This document shows positions 24,093-25,598 of a stretch of DNA of 25,598 nt, one piece after another. Every line of letters starts with the position of its first letter. Positions within the stretch are counted from its first letter, which is position 1. This DNA is from a virus. Lineage: Duplodnaviria; Caudoviricetes. A program made the translations under genes and the position numbers. Under the pieces are notes generated by a model. That model was not told the origin of the DNA. It did no database searches and saw only the letters and a list, made by a program, of their open reading frames with translations. The DNA lies in IMG/VR virus record IMGVR_UViG_3300035137_000025, positions 1 through 25,598 of that record; one strand, 5' to 3'.

Positions 24093-24710
24093 ATGGATAA
24101 CTTAGACTTAGCAAAACAAAAAATAAAATTAATAGATATTATTCCGGGAAGTAGAAAAAAAACAGGTAAATGGACTTTTATAAATCCTTGCCCTATTTGT
24201 GGACATAATGACCACTTTACAATCACAACACACGACAACTGTTACCAAAGTCAAAGTAAATGTTGTAAAGGTGGGTCAATAGTTGATTGGTTTATTGAAA
24301 GTGAAAACTTATCCAGAAAAGATGCAGTAAACAAAGTTTTAAAAATATCTGGACTAGAGAGAGAAAAAGTAACCCATAAAGAACTCATTAAAATACAAAT
24401 AAACAAGCAATTACAAGAAATTATCACGGAATCAAAAGAGGTAGGCTATAACAATTATTTTAATAAGTTAGTTGATATTGAAAAGAAGCTAAGAAAAAGA
24501 GTTGAAGAACTTGACAAAAAAACGCCATTTAATGTTTGGTTACTTGGATTTCTAGAGAAATGGACCAATATATTTATAGAATATAATCCAGAAAATTATA
24601 AAAAAATGTTTGACGGCCCATTTATTGATGATTTTGAAATGGAATATAATAATTTTATAAAAAACGAATCTTTATTAAATGCTTTGTATCAAATAGAACA
24701 TTTGATATAA
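24093..24710 (+). CDS. CHC2-type (primase-like) zinc-finger protein lacking a catalytic domain
   Basis: CPICGHNDHF...CC.GGSIVDW...E.LS..DAV..V, followed by a helical C-terminus; only 205 aa. Confidence 0.8.
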   Translation: MDNLDLAKQKIKLIDIIPGSRKKTGKWTFINPCPICGHNDHFTITTHDNCYQSQSKCCKGGSIVDWFIESENLSRKDAVNKVLKISGLEREKVTHKELIKIQINKQLQEIITESKEVGYNNYFNKLVDIEKKLRKRVEELDKKTPFNVWLLGFLEKWTNIFIEYNPENYKKMFDGPFIDDFEMEYNNFIKNESLLNALYQIEHLI

Positions 24711-24773
24711 TGTTAATACTATGGTTAATATTTAAATATCACACGTTCTAAAAATTAAAATCATTATTTATTT

Positions 24774-24803
24774 AATAGCTGAAAACTTCAGCTATTTTAT
24801 TTT
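24774..24803 (+). terminator. Intrinsic terminator
   Basis: AATAGCTGAA-aac-TTCAGCTATT stem (24774-24796) with a T-rich tail. Confidence 0.75.
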
Positions 24804-24831
24804 AACCAATTTAAAAGCATCCTTTTTCACC

Positions 24832-24879
24832 TTTACAAACTTTTCAATAACATATAGCATATTAAGCATACTAAGCATA
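24832..24879 (+). promoter_or_regulatory. Putative promoter (TTTACA-17-TAGCAT) overlapped by three AGCATA repeats at 9-bp period
   Basis: AGCATA at 24856, 24865 and 24874, upstream of the AbrB-like gene. Confidence 0.5.
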
Positions 24880-24902
24880 CCAAAAATACAAAGGAGGTAA
24901 TT

Positions 24903-25097
24903 ATGTATATACGAAAAGCACATTTTAAAAAAGGCACTAAAAGCATTTTAGTAAACTTACCAATCCCATATATTACAAGGCTTCAAGTAAAGCCCGGCGA
25001 TTATCTAAGGATAAGCGAAGAAGATTTTAAAATAATAATAGAAAGGATTGATTTTCCAATTGAAGTTTCAGAAGAAGAAGAAGAAGACAGAACTTGA
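24903..25097 (+). CDS. AbrB/MazE/SpoVT-family DNA-binding protein
   Basis: 'S.LVNLP..Y...L..KPGD.L.I......IIIER' swapped-hairpin pattern; AAGGAGGT RBS. Confidence 0.82.
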   Translation: MYIRKAHFKKGTKSILVNLPIPYITRLQVKPGDYLRISEEDFKIIIERIDFPIEVSEEEEEDRT

Positions 25098-25188
25098 CAA
25101 GGCTTTTATACGTGCAATTGAATTTCTTGTTGTAATGATAATAATTACAATAATCTTAGGTGTAATGGCATTTTACAAGCCATTTTAA
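25060..25188 (+). CDS. Possible 42-aa membrane peptide (MKFQKKKKKTELDKAFIRAIEFLVVMIIITIILGVMAFYKPF)
   Basis: Not in the track. TTG start with AAAGGA 12 nt upstream; overlaps the 3' end of the AbrB-like gene. Confidence 0.4.
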   Translation: MKFQKKKKKTELDKAFIRAIEFLVVMIIITIILGVMAFYKPF

Positions 25189-25204
25189 AATAGGAGGTTC
25201 TAGA

Positions 25205-25519
25205 ATGGATAAATACTTGTTTGTTGATTACAGAGATATAATAAAACTATATAACGACGATTATAAGGATAATGACAAAGGTTTAAAGGGAAAGCAATTA
25301 GCTGACTTTCAAAAGGAAATTGAATTTTTAGAAACTAAGTTTACTTTGATAGAGGTAAATTATAATTACGGATATTGTATAATAAAAAATGCAACAAAAA
25401 GCATCCCACATGTGAAGTTTAAACCATTAATAATTGAATGTATGGAACCAAGTTTACCATGTGATGTATGCGAAAAATCGTGCGAAATATTAGGAATATG
25501 CACATATAGAAAATCTTAA
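25205..25519 (+). CDS. Hypothetical protein with C-terminal Cys cluster
   Basis: AGGAGGT RBS; CDVC..SC....C at the C-terminus. Confidence 0.75.
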   Translation: MDKYLFVDYRDIIKLYNDDYKDNDKGLKGKQLADFQKEIEFLETKFTLIEVNYNYGYCIIKNATKSIPHVKFKPLIIECMEPSLPCDVCEKSCEILGICTYRKS

Positions 25520-25532
25520 GGAGGATTTTAAA

Positions 25533-25598
25533 ATGAAAAAAGCAATTATTTTTTTTATAACAATCGGGTTGTTAGGATTAATATTTGGAAGTTGTGAA
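25533..25598 (+). CDS. Probable lipoprotein, 5' part only
   Basis: AAGGAGG RBS; MKKAIIFFITIGLLGLIFGSC signal peptide with lipobox-like FGSC; truncated by the window end. Confidence 0.6.
   Translation, partial: MKKAIIFFITIGLLGLIFGSCE

Noticed and set aside
1-25598. Stop-codon reassignment, introns/inteins, tRNA genes
   Set aside because: Core genes are full length under the standard code and use TAA, TAG and TGA stops. Terminase, portal and helicase have normal sizes, and no cloverleaf-like sequence was recognised.

Overview
A 25.6-kb, AT-rich segment of a tailed dsDNA phage, most likely a long-tailed (siphovirus-like) phage of a low-GC Firmicute. Support: GGAGG-type RBSs, sigmaA-type promoters, SPP1-like portal, PBSX-type terminase and an amidase-SPOR endolysin. 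No integrase, tape measure or tail-tip genes lie in the window. Two divergent arms flank a ~1.15-kb non-coding region that holds an iteron-like inverted-repeat cluster, the probable origin (~18335-18665). The left arm (minus strand) runs: holin-like gene and endolysin; an early operon of small ORFs, a Cro-like HTH and a MazG-like protein; ERF recombinase and Gam-like protein; terminase, portal, scaffold, major and minor capsid; an accessory cassette; tail completion genes; two tail-tube paralogues; a frameshifted tail chaperone pair; a 10-copy repeat array; and a displaced head-tail connector. The right arm (plus strand) runs: RHH regulator, VapE/VirE ATPase-helicase without a primase domain, HAD hydrolase, SF2 helicase, VRR-NUC, a stand-alone CHC2 zinc-finger protein and an AbrB-like regulator. 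The best candidate for an undescribed system is the cassette at 3956-7222, inside the virion operon. It encodes an RcGTA-like head-spike base and 'MLGLGLGL' lectin fibre, a Ser/Thr-rich coiled-coil fibre and a GT-B glycosyltransferase, which suggests a glycan-binding, self-glycosylated virion surface. Other notable signals are the AACYTAGCAA array, a GGATA-N3-TATCC operator placed identically in three promoters, and strong GGCC over-representation. All family assignments come from motif recognition by eye, not database searches.
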